From: Candidatus Sherwoodlollariibacterium unditelluris
GTDB taxonomy: Bacteria; Omnitrophota; Gorgyraeia; Gygaellales; Profunditerraquicolaceae
Reading direction: 5' to 3'
Assembly: GCA_002771995.1 (NCBI GenBank)
Contig: PCRK01000167.1
Location: 1 to 35,198, forward strand
DNA length: 35,198 nt
How positions within the stretch are numbered: the stretch's first letter is position 1; each line of letters starts with the position of its first letter. A model generated the notes under the pieces. It did no database searches. It had not been told where the DNA came from and was given only the letters and a program-made list of their open reading frames with translations. The position numbers were made by a program, and so were the translations under genes. Positions 18,085-28,288 of this stretch are shown one piece after another.

Positions 18085-18453
18085 ATGAGGCTAAATAAAT
18101 TCTTATCCTCCATTATTTTTGTTACTCTTTTTTCGGTGCTTTATGTTTATCAGCAGAGTGAAATTGTGCGTCTGGCTTACGCAGAGGAAAAACAACATAT
18201 AGCCTTTCAGGAGTTATTGGATAGAAATAGTGTCTTAAGGTATAATATTGAAAAGAATTGTTCATTAATTAATATCGGGAACACTTTGTTCGGCCGTTCG
18301 GATTTCCAGATGCCGGATAAATATCAGTTAGTAAGATTAGTGCCTACTAATGCAGGCGCAACTTTTGTTAAAGCGGCAGGTAATAAGGAAACTTTATTAT
18401 CGCGTATTTTTGGCCTTAACAAACAAGCAGAAGCAAAGACTATCAATCCATAG
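18085..18453 (+). CDS. ftsL: Cell division protein FtsL-like (small bitopic membrane protein)
   Basis: Single N-terminal TM (FLSSIIFVTLFSVLYVY) followed by a helical segment. It holds the canonical slot between rsmH and ftsI. The call is positional and architectural only. Confidence 0.6.
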   Translation: MRLNKFLSSIIFVTLFSVLYVYQQSEIVRLAYAEEKQHIAFQELLDRNSVLRYNIEKNCSLINIGNTLFGRSDFQMPDKYQLVRLVPTNAGATFVKAAGNKETLLSRIFGLNKQAEAKTINP

Positions 18454-18475
18454 ATTTTTTTAATTAAAACTTAAT

Positions 18476-20200
18476 GTGTATATAAGTAATTATCGCCGAA
18501 AGTGCAAGGCGGTATTCCTGGTTTTTCTTCTTTCCTTAATCCTCTGTATTTTTAGGCTCCTCTATATTCAAATCTTTCGCTCAAATTATCTGGCGGATAT
18601 TGCCAAAAAACAGCACACCCTTTTCGTAGAACTGGAGCCATTTCGCGGCGTAATTTATGATTGTAACTTTAAGCCACAAACTCTTAACTTCCCCGCGGAT
18701 TCACTTTACGCCTCCCCAAACATGATGAAGGCTCAGGATAAAGAAGAAGCCATTATTCAGTTATCGGGTATATTAAATTTAAGCAATGATTATTTAAGGA
18801 ATAGATTGTCCCGCAAGAAGGCTTTTATTTGGCTTGCGCGCAAGATAAGCCCGGAACAGGCGCAGGCAATCAAGAAATTAAAGATTGAAGGTTTGGGTTT
18901 CTTAAGGGAGAGCAAGCGAAGTTATCCTAATGCTTATTTGGCCAGCCAGATTATAGGATTTGCCGGGCTTGATAATACAGGTTTAGAGGGTATTGAACTT
19001 TATTTGGATAAATATCTAAGAGGCGGGGAGGGTTGGGGAATATTCTTGCGGGATGCGCGGCAGAAGCGGTTAGATATTTACGAAAAGTTGGTTTTGCCTA
19101 AAGACGGAATGGATATTGTTTTAACTATTGATCAGGTAATTCAGTATATCGCGGAGAGAGAATTAGATAAGGCGTTTAAAATCCATCATGCCAGAGGCGC
19201 AAGCATCATTGTTATGGATCCGCATACCGGCAGGATACTGGCTATGGCTAACCGGCCTACCTATGATTTAAATGAATATAAGACGGTCAGTAAAGACCAG
19301 TGGCGTAATCGCGCAATATGCGATTTATTTGAGCCGGGTTCGGCATTTAAGATTGTTACCGCCTCTGCCGCTTTGGAGGAGAAGAGGATAACCGAAGAGG
19401 ACAAAATATTCTGTGAGAATGGCGCTTATCGCGTGGCTAACCATATTTTGCATGATCATGCTCCGCATGGATGGCTTACTTTTAGGGAGGTAATTGAGGA
19501 GTCAAGTAATATCGGCACCACTAAAGTTGCCCAGATGCTTGGGCCCCAAATAGTCTATAAATACGTAAGGTTATTCGGGTTTGGTTCTAAACTAGGGATT
19601 GACCTGCCGGGAGAAATATCCGGAATGATTAAGGAGCCGCGGTTTTGGTCTAAGACATCTATAGGCGCTGTGCCGATAGGCCAGGAAGTGGGGGTAACTG
19701 CCCTTCAGTTAGCCAGCGCGCTCTCTGTAATTGCCAATGGCGGGCAATTGATGAGGCCTTATATTATAAGTGAGATCCGCACGAAGCAGGGAGAGGTTAT
19801 TAAGCGAGCCTCGCCTTTTTTAATCCGCAAGGTTATTTCTTTAGAGACTGCGGCACGTATCTCTAAGATACTTACCGGCGCAGTTGAAGAGGGGACAGGG
19901 AGGATGGCGCGGATCCCCGGGTTTACCTGCGCCGGAAAGACCGGGACTGCCCAGAAATTAGAGGCTAACGGGGCATACTCGCATAATAAATTTGTTGCTT
20001 CTTTTATCGGCTTTGCCCCGGCAGAAGACCCAGTAGTGACAATTGTGGTTTCTGTAGATGAGCCGCATCCTTATTATTTCGGAGGCGTGGTAGCTGCTCC
20101 GGTATTTAGAAATGTTGCTGTGGATGTGGTAAGGTACTTAAAGACAAAACAGGCCGTGGATAGTCAAATGAATTCAAATGCGAATAAAAGATATCATTAG
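18476..20200 (+). CDS. ftsI: Peptidoglycan D,D-transpeptidase FtsI (class B PBP)
   Basis: N-terminal TM and PBP dimerisation domain. Transpeptidase motifs SAFK (SxxK), SSN and KTGT. GTG start. Confidence 0.9.
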   Translation: MYISNYRRKCKAVFLVFLLSLILCIFRLLYIQIFRSNYLADIAKKQHTLFVELEPFRGVIYDCNFKPQTLNFPADSLYASPNMMKAQDKEEAIIQLSGILNLSNDYLRNRLSRKKAFIWLARKISPEQAQAIKKLKIEGLGFLRESKRSYPNAYLASQIIGFAGLDNTGLEGIELYLDKYLRGGEGWGIFLRDARQKRLDIYEKLVLPKDGMDIVLTIDQVIQYIAERELDKAFKIHHARGASIIVMDPHTGRILAMANRPTYDLNEYKTVSKDQWRNRAICDLFEPGSAFKIVTASAALEEKRITEEDKIFCENGAYRVANHILHDHAPHGWLTFREVIEESSNIGTTKVAQMLGPQIVYKYVRLFGFGSKLGIDLPGEISGMIKEPRFWSKTSIGAVPIGQEVGVTALQLASALSVIANGGQLMRPYIISEIRTKQGEVIKRASPFLIRKVISLETAARISKILTGAVEEGTGRMARIPGFTCAGKTGTAQKLEANGAYSHNKFVASFIGFAPAEDPVVTIVVSVDEPHPYYFGGVVAAPVFRNVAVDVVRYLKTKQAVDSQMNSNANKRYH

Positions 20201-21614
20201 GTTAATTCTGCTCCATAAAATTAACGGCATAAGTTGCGATTCTAAGGCCGTAAAAGAAGGTTTTGTTTTTGTGGGTATAAAGGGGGTTAAAGAAGACGGG
20301 AGCAAATTTATTGACGAGGCGATATCACAAGGCGCAAAGTTTATAGTTTGCGATTCCAGGTTTAAAAGGCGAGACTTAAAAAATATCTCTTTGGTAAAGG
20401 TAAGGGATACGCGTTTGGCAATAGCGCGATTAGCCTCTGAGTTTTATGGTAATCCCTCTAAAAAGGTGAAGGCCATAGGGATTACTGGAACCAACGGCAA
20501 GACTACAGTTACCTATCTCTTAGAAGCCATATTAAAGGAATCCGGTTTTAGGACAGCAGTTATAGGCACGATAAATTATCGTTTTAAGAATACGATCTTA
20601 CCGGCTAAGAATACCACTCCCGGCCCGTTACAACTTCAATCCTTGCTCTCCGGTATGGTCAAAGAAAAAATAGATTATGCTGCGATTGAAGTTTCTTCGC
20701 ATGCCTTGGTTCAAGGCAGGGTCTTGGGCATAGATTTTCGTTCCGCGATATTTACCAATCTTTCTTCTGACCATCTTGATTATCATAAGACTATTCGCAA
20801 ATATTTCTTAGCTAAGTCTAAACTCTTTATAGGGCTTTCTCCAAAATCATTTGCTGTCTTAAATTATGATGATAAATATTCCCGTTTGCTTAAAAAACTT
20901 ACCAAGGCAAGAATAATAACTTATGGATTAGGCGCTAAATCTCAAGTAAGGGCAAAGAATATAAAATATGGCTTAAAGGGAACGGAGTTTTTATTAAATT
21001 TGCCCCAAGGAGTAATAAAGATAAAAACTGTCCTTATCGGCAAGCATAATGTTTATGATATACTGGCTGCCTCTGCTTGGGCCTATCAGGAAGGGATAGA
21101 TTTAAAAGTTATAAAAAATGCGATAGAGAGATTTTCCCTTGTGCCGGGGAGGCTTGAACGTATAAATTGCCAAAAAGGATTTTCTGTGTTTGTAGATTAT
21201 GCCCATACTGAAGATGCCCTAAAAAATGTGCTCACTTCTCTAAGGGGATTGTCCCCAGGAAAAATCATTACAGTTTTTGGATGCGGCGGAGAGCGGGATA
21301 GGCTTAAACGCCCTAAAATGGGCAAGGTGGTAACTGAACTTTCGGATTTTGCGATTATTACTAATGATAATCCGCGTTCTGAAAAACCCGAAGCAATAAT
21401 TAAGGATATAAAGAGAGGGATAAGGAAGGATAATTATTCTGTTATTCCGGATAGGAAAGCGGCGATAATGGATTCTTTATCTATGGCAGGCAAGGGGGAT
21501 ATTGTAGTGATTGTAGGCAAGGGCCATGAAAACTACCAGATATTGGGAAATAACACTGCGCATTTTGATGACCGGGAGGAAGTGAAATTATGCTTAAAAT
21601 CCCTGAATTATTAA
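20178..21614 (+). CDS. murE: UDP-MurNAc-L-Ala-D-Glu:meso-diaminopimelate ligase
   Basis: P-loop GITGTNGKTT and the DNPR motif (ITNDNPRSE) that indicates meso-DAP specificity. Confidence 0.9.
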   Translation: MRIKDIIRLILLHKINGISCDSKAVKEGFVFVGIKGVKEDGSKFIDEAISQGAKFIVCDSRFKRRDLKNISLVKVRDTRLAIARLASEFYGNPSKKVKAIGITGTNGKTTVTYLLEAILKESGFRTAVIGTINYRFKNTILPAKNTTPGPLQLQSLLSGMVKEKIDYAAIEVSSHALVQGRVLGIDFRSAIFTNLSSDHLDYHKTIRKYFLAKSKLFIGLSPKSFAVLNYDDKYSRLLKKLTKARIITYGLGAKSQVRAKNIKYGLKGTEFLLNLPQGVIKIKTVLIGKHNVYDILAASAWAYQEGIDLKVIKNAIERFSLVPGRLERINCQKGFSVFVDYAHTEDALKNVLTSLRGLSPGKIITVFGCGGERDRLKRPKMGKVVTELSDFAIITNDNPRSEKPEAIIKDIKRGIRKDNYSVIPDRKAAIMDSLSMAGKGDIVVIVGKGHENYQILGNNTAHFDDREEVKLCLKSLNY

Positions 21615-22936
21615 AAGCCACGCGTGGTAAGTTAACCTCAGGAGATAATAGCGTAAGCGTTAAAGGCGTTTCCATTGACTCTCGTGAGATTAAAAAAGGG
21701 GAGGCCTTTATCGCTATCAAGGGAAATAACTTCGATGGCCATAACTTTATTAATATGGCAATCAAAAAAGGCGCAAGCTGTATTATCACAGAAAAAGAAA
21801 TTAAAGGAACAGATGGCATAGCTGTAATCAAAGTTAAAGATACTATTCGGGCATTGGGAGCAGTCGCTCGGTTTAAGCGCGAAAAATATAACCTTCCTGT
21901 TATCGCGGTTACCGGTTCAAACGGGAAGACTGCGACTAAGGATATGATCGCCTGGATATTATCTAAGGATTTTAAGGTGCTTAAGAACGAAGGGACTAAG
22001 AATAATCATATCGGGCTGCCTCTTACTTTACTTAAGTTAGATAGTTCTTATGATATCGCAGTATTAGAGATAGGGACTAACCATTTTGGCGAAGTGAAAT
22101 ACCTTAGCGATATAGCTTGCGCGAATATTGGAATAATTACCAATATCGGGCCAGCACACTTACAATACTTTAAGAATCTTAAAGGGGTATTTAAGGAAAA
22201 ACATGATTTGCTGAGAAGCCTTAAGGCTCCGGCTATAGCCATATTAAATGCGGATGACCCGTATTTAAGGAAAGGGCTGCTTAAGAAAAATAGCAAGCCA
22301 TTTGCCGTTGGAGTGGGTATAAAAAACAAAAGCGATTTTTTTGCCTCTTCCATTAATGATGTTTTCGGTAAATACAGCTTTAGGATGAATCAAAGATTTA
22401 AATTTGCATTAAATGCCCCAGGGTATTATAATATCTATAATAGCTTAATGGCTATAGCCGTAGCCAGGATTTTTGGGATGGAATATCGGGCAATCGCCTT
22501 AAGGCTATCCAAATTTAACCCTCCTAAGGGCAGGCTTAATTTTATCGAGATAAAAAAGATTAAGTTTATTGATGATACTTATAATTCTAACCCGCTTTCT
22601 TTAAGGCAGGCGTTAGGGTTGCTGGGTAAAATCAAAACTAAGGGCAGGAAGATTGTGGTTATGGGCGATATGCTGGAATTGGGCGCGGCAAGCAAAAGTC
22701 TGCATATCCGGGCGATAAAAGAGGCGGTTAAAATCTGCGATGCCCTTATAACCGTAGGAGGCATTAGCGGATCAAGCTTAAAAGAAACTTGCCTGAAGAG
22801 AGAAGGCGTATTTGTCTGTCGGGATTCATTAGAGGCGAGGGATATTTTATTTAAAAAAGTAAACGTGAAGCCTATTGATATTGTTTTGGTAAAAGGCTCG
22901 CGTCAGATGAAAATGGAAGAGGTCTTTAACTTTTAG
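21590..22936 (+). CDS. murF: UDP-MurNAc-tripeptide:D-Ala-D-Ala ligase
   Basis: P-loop VTGSNGKTATK, DDTYNSNP motif, canonical position after murE. Confidence 0.9.
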   Translation: MLKIPELLKATRGKLTSGDNSVSVKGVSIDSREIKKGEAFIAIKGNNFDGHNFINMAIKKGASCIITEKEIKGTDGIAVIKVKDTIRALGAVARFKREKYNLPVIAVTGSNGKTATKDMIAWILSKDFKVLKNEGTKNNHIGLPLTLLKLDSSYDIAVLEIGTNHFGEVKYLSDIACANIGIITNIGPAHLQYFKNLKGVFKEKHDLLRSLKAPAIAILNADDPYLRKGLLKKNSKPFAVGVGIKNKSDFFASSINDVFGKYSFRMNQRFKFALNAPGYYNIYNSLMAIAVARIFGMEYRAIALRLSKFNPPKGRLNFIEIKKIKFIDDTYNSNPLSLRQALGLLGKIKTKGRKIVVMGDMLELGAASKSLHIRAIKEAVKICDALITVGGISGSSLKETCLKREGVFVCRDSLEARDILFKKVNVKPIDIVLVKGSRQMKMEEVFNF

Positions 22937-24025
22937 ATGTTTTATAACTTACTTTATCCGCTGCACAATGCAATATCCGCTTTAAATATATTCCGCTATA
23001 TCACTTTCCGCGCGGCTATGGCCACCCTGACCAGTTTTATAATAAGCCTCTTATTGGGTCCTATGGTAATAAGAAAACTTAAAACGTTAAAGATAGGGGA
23101 GAAGATTAATAAAGGGGATAGCGCTAAGCTTGATGATTTGCATCACAATAAACAGGATACCCCCACTATGGGCGGCATACTCATATTAGCCGCGGTAGTT
23201 TTTTCTACTCTCATTTGGGCGGATATGTCAAATAAATATATCTGGGTTGTGTTTTTTACCACGATATGGCTGGGGACGACCGGATTTATTGATGACTATT
23301 TAAAACAAATTAAGCAGAGGGCTAACGGCCTTTCTGCCAAGGCGAAATTTACCAGCCAGATTGTTTTAGGTTTAATCCTCGGGGTTATTTTTTTATTAAG
23401 TTTCCAGAATAGCCTTAAATTAGATATCCCGTTTTTAAAGAATTGGGCTTTGGATTTAGATGGGTTCTACATAATTTTTGTTATTTTGGTTGTGTCCGGA
23501 ACTTCTAATGCGGTAAACCTCACTGACGGTTTGGATGGTTTGGCTATAGGGATTGTAGTTATGGTGGCCTTAACCTTTAGCATCCTCTCCTATGTATCCG
23601 GGAATATTAAGCTTAGTGAATACCTGCTTGTGCCTTATATAAAAGGCAGCGGAGAGCTGACCGTGTTCTGCGCGAGCATCATAGGGGCGGGTTTAGGTTT
23701 CTTATGGTTTAATTGTTATCCTGCTTCGATCTTTATGGGAGATGTGGGGTCTTTGGCCTTGGGTGGAGTATTAGGCACGGTAGCGTTATTAATTCGCAAA
23801 GAGTTGCTTTTGATTATCGTAGGAGGCATCTTTGTGGTTGAGGTTTTATCCGTCATCTTGCAGGTAGGTTCATTTCGCCTGGCCAAGAAACGTATCTTTA
23901 AAATTGCACCTCTGCATCACCACTTTCAGTTTCTTAACTGGCCGGAGAATAAGGTTATTGTCAGATTCTGGATTATCGCCGGGCTCTTAGCACTTATGAC
24001 TATAGTTACCTTAAAAATCCGCTAA
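22937..24025 (+). CDS. mraY: Phospho-MurNAc-pentapeptide translocase
   Basis: Polytopic membrane protein with GFIDDYLK, NAVNLTDGLDGLA and APLHHHF motifs. Confidence 0.95.
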   Translation: MFYNLLYPLHNAISALNIFRYITFRAAMATLTSFIISLLLGPMVIRKLKTLKIGEKINKGDSAKLDDLHHNKQDTPTMGGILILAAVVFSTLIWADMSNKYIWVVFFTTIWLGTTGFIDDYLKQIKQRANGLSAKAKFTSQIVLGLILGVIFLLSFQNSLKLDIPFLKNWALDLDGFYIIFVILVVSGTSNAVNLTDGLDGLAIGIVVMVALTFSILSYVSGNIKLSEYLLVPYIKGSGELTVFCASIIGAGLGFLWFNCYPASIFMGDVGSLALGGVLGTVALLIRKELLLIIVGGIFVVEVLSVILQVGSFRLAKKRIFKIAPLHHHFQFLNWPENKVIVRFWIIAGLLALMTIVTLKIR

Positions 24026-24032
24026 CCTTTTC

Positions 24033-25304
24033 ATGAAAAATAAGGATTGGTTTAAAGGGAAGAATATTTTAATTGCCGGATTTGCGCATAGCGGGTTATC
24101 CACAGCCAATCTCCTTTATGATTTAGGGGCCAAGGTCAGCATAACCGATAATCAGGATAATCAAACCACCCGTCAGAACTTAAAAAAATTAAGGTCCCCG
24201 GATATAAAAGTAGAACTAGGCAAACATTCACGCCAGTTTCTAAAAGATATCGGCCTTTTAGTTATTTCTCCCGGTGTCCCCAGGGAGGCGCTTCCCGTTG
24301 TTTGGGCAAGAGAGGTTAAGATACCAGTCATTAGCGAGATTGAACTAGTTTGGAGGCTTTGTCCCGCAAAGGTTATTGCTATAACCGGGACTAACGGCAA
24401 GACCACAGTCACTACCTTGATAGGTGAAATAATTAAAGCTTCGGGTAAGAGGATTTTTACATGCGGTAATATTGGCAAGCCTTTTGCCTTGGAGGTAGCT
24501 AAGATGCGGGAGGGTGATTTTGTTTGTCTTGAGGTTAGCTCTTTCCAACTAGAGAATATAGATAGTTTTAAGCCTAAAATTTCCGTAGTCCTTAATTTAA
24601 GCCGTAATCATCTTGACCGCTACAATGATATGCAAGATTATCTTGCGGCAAAGAAGCGTATATTTAAGAATCAAGATGCTTCTGATTTCTTAGTTTTAAA
24701 TTATGATGATTCGGTAATCCGCGGTTTGGTAAAGGAGGCTAAGGCTAAAGTCATTTGGTTCAGGAAAGAGGGAGGGTTAAACCCCAATCAGTCAGCGGTT
24801 CTTGCGATAGCCTCTATCCTGGGTATAGATAGGGATTTGGCCTTAAAGGTTTTCCGGGATTTTAAGGGTGTTGAGCATCGCATGGAAGAAGTCTTAAATG
24901 TGGGAGGGGTAAGATTTATTAATGATTCTAAGTCTACGACTACCGAGGCGACAATATGGGCCTTAAATAATTTATCTTGTCCTGTGATTTTAATTGCCGG
25001 AGGCAGAGAGAAGGGTAATGATTATAGTTTGGTTTTAGGGCTGGTGCGTAAGAAAGTAAAAGCCGTAATATTGATTGGAGAGGCAAAAGCCAGGATACGC
25101 GAAGCATTTAGAGGGGTAGTTAGCCTGGATGAGGCGGCTACTCTGGATGAGGCGGTAAGAAAAGCCGATAGCCTCGCTTGCGCGGGAGACTGTGTTTTGT
25201 TTTCTCCGATGTGCAAGAGCTTTGATATGTTTTCTAATTATGAAGAGAGAGGAAGGATTTTTAAATCCATAGTATCTGGATTAACCAAGGTTACGCCTTA
25301 TTGA
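24033..25304 (+). CDS. murD: UDP-MurNAc-L-Ala:D-Glu ligase
   Basis: P-loop ITGTNGKTT, Mur ligase middle and C-terminal domains (INDSKSTT), canonical position. Confidence 0.9.
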   Translation: MKNKDWFKGKNILIAGFAHSGLSTANLLYDLGAKVSITDNQDNQTTRQNLKKLRSPDIKVELGKHSRQFLKDIGLLVISPGVPREALPVVWAREVKIPVISEIELVWRLCPAKVIAITGTNGKTTVTTLIGEIIKASGKRIFTCGNIGKPFALEVAKMREGDFVCLEVSSFQLENIDSFKPKISVVLNLSRNHLDRYNDMQDYLAAKKRIFKNQDASDFLVLNYDDSVIRGLVKEAKAKVIWFRKEGGLNPNQSAVLAIASILGIDRDLALKVFRDFKGVEHRMEEVLNVGGVRFINDSKSTTTEATIWALNNLSCPVILIAGGREKGNDYSLVLGLVRKKVKAVILIGEAKARIREAFRGVVSLDEAATLDEAVRKADSLACAGDCVLFSPMCKSFDMFSNYEERGRIFKSIVSGLTKVTPY

Positions 25305-25317
25305 TGGTTCAGTAAAT

Positions 25318-26412
25318 ATGGTACGCAATATTAGAATTAATCTTTTTACAGTATCGGTTATACTTATGTGCATAGGCATCATAATGATCTATAGCTCATC
25401 AAGTATTTATGCCTTAGAGAGGTATAAGGACGGGTTCTTCTTTTTAAAGAGGCATTTAATTTTTATGCTTATTGGTGCGTTCCTTACTTTTATGTTTATG
25501 GTTATTGATTACCATAAGTTAAAACCTATTGCCCAGCCGTTCCTCCTTATTTCTATTCTATTATTAATTTTAGTCTTAATACCGGAGATAGGAAAAGAGG
25601 TGGCTGGCGCGCGCAGGTGGTTTAGGTTTAAATTTTTGAGTTTTCAGCCTTCAGAGTTGGTTAATCTGGCGGTTATTATCTATATCGCGGATTTTATCAG
25701 CCGTAAAGGCAATCTCGTCAAGACATTCTTAAAAGGATTCCTGCCTCCTATGTGTTTTTTAGGCCTGTGCGTCATACTGATACTGATGCAGCCGGATTTA
25801 GGGACGGCTGTAGCTTTAGGGTTCGTGGCCTTACTCATGCTTTTTGTGGCAGGGGTGCGACCGGCGTATATATCATCTTTAATTTTATGCAGTTTGCCTG
25901 TATTGTACATCTTGATATTTAGCGTACCTTACCGCAGGGCGCGAATCATGGCATTTATCAATCCCTGGCTTGACCCTAAAGGAACTGGTTTTCAAATAAT
26001 CCAGTCGCAGGTCGCTTTAGGTTCCGGCGGAATATTCGGAGTAGGCTTAGGGCACTCAAAGCAGAAATTATTTTATCTTCCCGCAGCGCATACGGACTTT
26101 ATCTTCTCTATAATCGGGGAAGAATTAGGATTATTGGGAACTATAGGTGTAATTATATTATTTATTATATTTATTCAGCAAGGGATTAAGATTATTAAAA
26201 ATGCACCGGATAAATTCGGTTATTTTCTTGCCCTGGGCCTTGTGTTAATGATTGTATTTAGGGCAATAATAAACATAGGTGTATCCTGCGGCATTTTGCC
26301 TACTAAGGGCTTGCCTTTGCCTTTTATTAGTTATGGAGGTTCATCTTTTATCTTTGATATGGTTAGCATTGGTATATTAGTTAATATTGCGCGTACCGGA
26401 GAATATCCTTAG
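25318..26412 (+). CDS. ftsW: SEDS-family peptidoglycan glycosyltransferase FtsW
   Basis: Ten-TM SEDS protein with QPDLGTA, AHTDFIFS and LPTKGLPLPFISYGGSS. It sits between murD and murG. Confidence 0.9.
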   Translation: MVRNIRINLFTVSVILMCIGIIMIYSSSSIYALERYKDGFFFLKRHLIFMLIGAFLTFMFMVIDYHKLKPIAQPFLLISILLLILVLIPEIGKEVAGARRWFRFKFLSFQPSELVNLAVIIYIADFISRKGNLVKTFLKGFLPPMCFLGLCVILILMQPDLGTAVALGFVALLMLFVAGVRPAYISSLILCSLPVLYILIFSVPYRRARIMAFINPWLDPKGTGFQIIQSQVALGSGGIFGVGLGHSKQKLFYLPAAHTDFIFSIIGEELGLLGTIGVIILFIIFIQQGIKIIKNAPDKFGYFLALGLVLMIVFRAIINIGVSCGILPTKGLPLPFISYGGSSFIFDMVSIGILVNIARTGEYP

Positions 26413-26418
26413 AATAGC

Positions 26419-27513
26419 ATGAGAGTATTGGTAGTCGCAGGTGCAAGCGGCGGGCATATCTATCCGGCCTCGGCTTTTTTAGAGAAGCTAAAAGAAGAAA
26501 AAAGCGTAAGCGATACACTGTTAGTCTTACCCTTAAGAAGCATAAAAACTGATTTTAAATCCTGTGGTTGTAAAATAATATATATATCTTCTGCTCAGGT
26601 TTCTTTTTCCTTAAACTACAGTAATATTATTGCTCTTTTTAAGTTTATAAAAGGCTCTTGGGAAAGTTTTCGCATACTCCTTAAGTTTAAGCCGGATTGC
26701 GTAGTTGGTTTTGGCAGTCTTGATTCTATCCCCCTGGTTATATTAGCCTGGTTTTTTAGGATTAAGACACTTATACATGAGCAGAATGTTTTACCGGGAA
26801 GGGCAAACAAGTTTTTAGCCAAGTTTAGCGATAAGATTGCTATATCTTTTCCGGATTCTAAGTGTTTATTAGGGTGTAGAGATGAGAAGATAGTTTTAAC
26901 CGGAAATCCTATAAGGCAAGGGTTAAGAAAAATGGGCAAGGAAGAGGCCTTGAATTTCTTCGGTTTAGATAAGAATAAATTTACTATTCTGGTTATGGGC
27001 GGCAGCCAGGGCAGCCGGCATATTAATGACGCATTCCTTGAGGTAATAGCATTAATGAATGATATCTCTGGGGTACAGGTTATACATATTGCAGGCAAAG
27101 ATGACGAGAATAAAGTTGCTGATGCATATAAAAAGATAAATATCAGAGCCAAGGTATTCGGATTTTTTAGCTCTATGGAGTATGCTTATAGCGCTAGTGA
27201 CTTGGTAATCTGCCGCGCAGGGGCAACTACCATTGCCGAATTAATACATTTCAAACTTCCGGCAATACTTATACCTTATCCATTTGCTTATGCGCATCAG
27301 TTTAAGAATGCCAGAATTCTAGAAGTTGAGGGGGCTGGTATTATTATAAAAGACGATGAGTTTAAGGTGGATAGGTTAAATAAATTGTTGGAGTGTTTTA
27401 TCCGTAATCCGGATGTGGCTGCGGTTATGCGTGAGCATTATACAGGTGTTTTTAAGTACGATGCTGGAAGTGAACTTGTCAAGGCCACGATGGCCTTATT
27501 AATGGCTCAGTAG
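26419..27513 (+). CDS. murG: Undecaprenyl-PP-MurNAc-pentapeptide GlcNAc transferase
   Basis: G-loop GGASGGHIYPA, MGGSQGS, and the C-terminal CRAGATTIAEL motif. Confidence 0.9.
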   Translation: MRVLVVAGASGGHIYPASAFLEKLKEEKSVSDTLLVLPLRSIKTDFKSCGCKIIYISSAQVSFSLNYSNIIALFKFIKGSWESFRILLKFKPDCVVGFGSLDSIPLVILAWFFRIKTLIHEQNVLPGRANKFLAKFSDKIAISFPDSKCLLGCRDEKIVLTGNPIRQGLRKMGKEEALNFFGLDKNKFTILVMGGSQGSRHINDAFLEVIALMNDISGVQVIHIAGKDDENKVADAYKKINIRAKVFGFFSSMEYAYSASDLVICRAGATTIAELIHFKLPAILIPYPFAYAHQFKNARILEVEGAGIIIKDDEFKVDRLNKLLECFIRNPDVAAVMREHYTGVFKYDAGSELVKATMALLMAQ

Positions 27514-27514
27514 T

Positions 27515-28288
27515 ATGAAAAGATATATTCTCTCTTTGTTTATTTTATTCTTTTGTCTCTCTAACGTAATGGCCGAAGATGCGTGGAATACTCTTAAGTC
27601 CACGCACTTCGTTGTCTTTTATAAAAACGCCCCGGAGGATTTTGTAAAGTTGGTTACGGATAAGGCAGAAGTTTATTATGACCAAATAGCTGAAGGATTA
27701 GGCTTTATGCGTTTTGATTTCTGGCTTTGGGATAATCGGGCTAAGATTTACATCTATGACGATGCTAAAATTTACTCTGCTAGAACAGGACAGCCGGCAT
27801 GGTCTCTAGGTATAGCTATCCCGGGAGTTAAGGCAATAGAAACCTTCCCTTACGCAAATAATTTTATAGAAACAGTGCTTCCTCACGAAATGGGGCATAT
27901 TATTTTTAGGGAATTTGTAGGTTTTAATAATTCCGGTATACCTCTATGGTTGGATGAAGGAGTAGCTTCTCATCAGGAAAAGGCAAAGTATTCCCAAGTG
28001 GGCATATTTATCCGTAAGGCGATGGTCGAGGGAAATTTTATGGATTTAAAGAAGTTGGCTTCCTTCTATAGCGTTGTCAATCTTGACCCCAAACTTGTAA
28101 ATATATTTTATGCTGAATCATTCAGCCTGATCGACTTCTTAATTAGGGAATTTGGCCGGGATAACTTTGTGCTTTTTTGTCAGAACCTGAGGGATAAAAG
28201 GAACTTAGAAAGAGCTATGGCGTCAGTTTATCCTTTCGGTAATATAAATGAATTAGACCAGGCGTGGCAGAAGTATTTAAAGAAATGA
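27515..28288 (+). CDS. Secreted HExxH...E zinc metallopeptidase-like protein (peptidase-MA / gluzincin-like) embedded in the dcw cluster
   Basis: Signal peptide MKRYILSLFILFFCLSNVMA. Zinc motif LPHEMGHIIF with a downstream PLWLDEGVA that offers a candidate third ligand Glu. Its ATG is 1 nt after the murG stop, and its stop overlaps the murC ATG (ATGA). Confidence 0.7.
   Translation: MKRYILSLFILFFCLSNVMAEDAWNTLKSTHFVVFYKNAPEDFVKLVTDKAEVYYDQIAEGLGFMRFDFWLWDNRAKIYIYDDAKIYSARTGQPAWSLGIAIPGVKAIETFPYANNFIETVLPHEMGHIIFREFVGFNNSGIPLWLDEGVASHQEKAKYSQVGIFIRKAMVEGNFMDLKKLASFYSVVNLDPKLVNIFYAESFSLIDFLIREFGRDNFVLFCQNLRDKRNLERAMASVYPFGNINELDQAWQKYLKK

Noticed and set aside
26616-27152. 178-aa antisense ORF inside murG, and the many other minus-strand ORFs in the track (e.g. 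1136..1582, 740..1090, 21481..21831, 12160..12486)
   Set aside because: All lie entirely within strongly supported + strand genes that carry clear catalytic motifs. They have low-complexity or hydrophobic shadow-frame composition and no SD.
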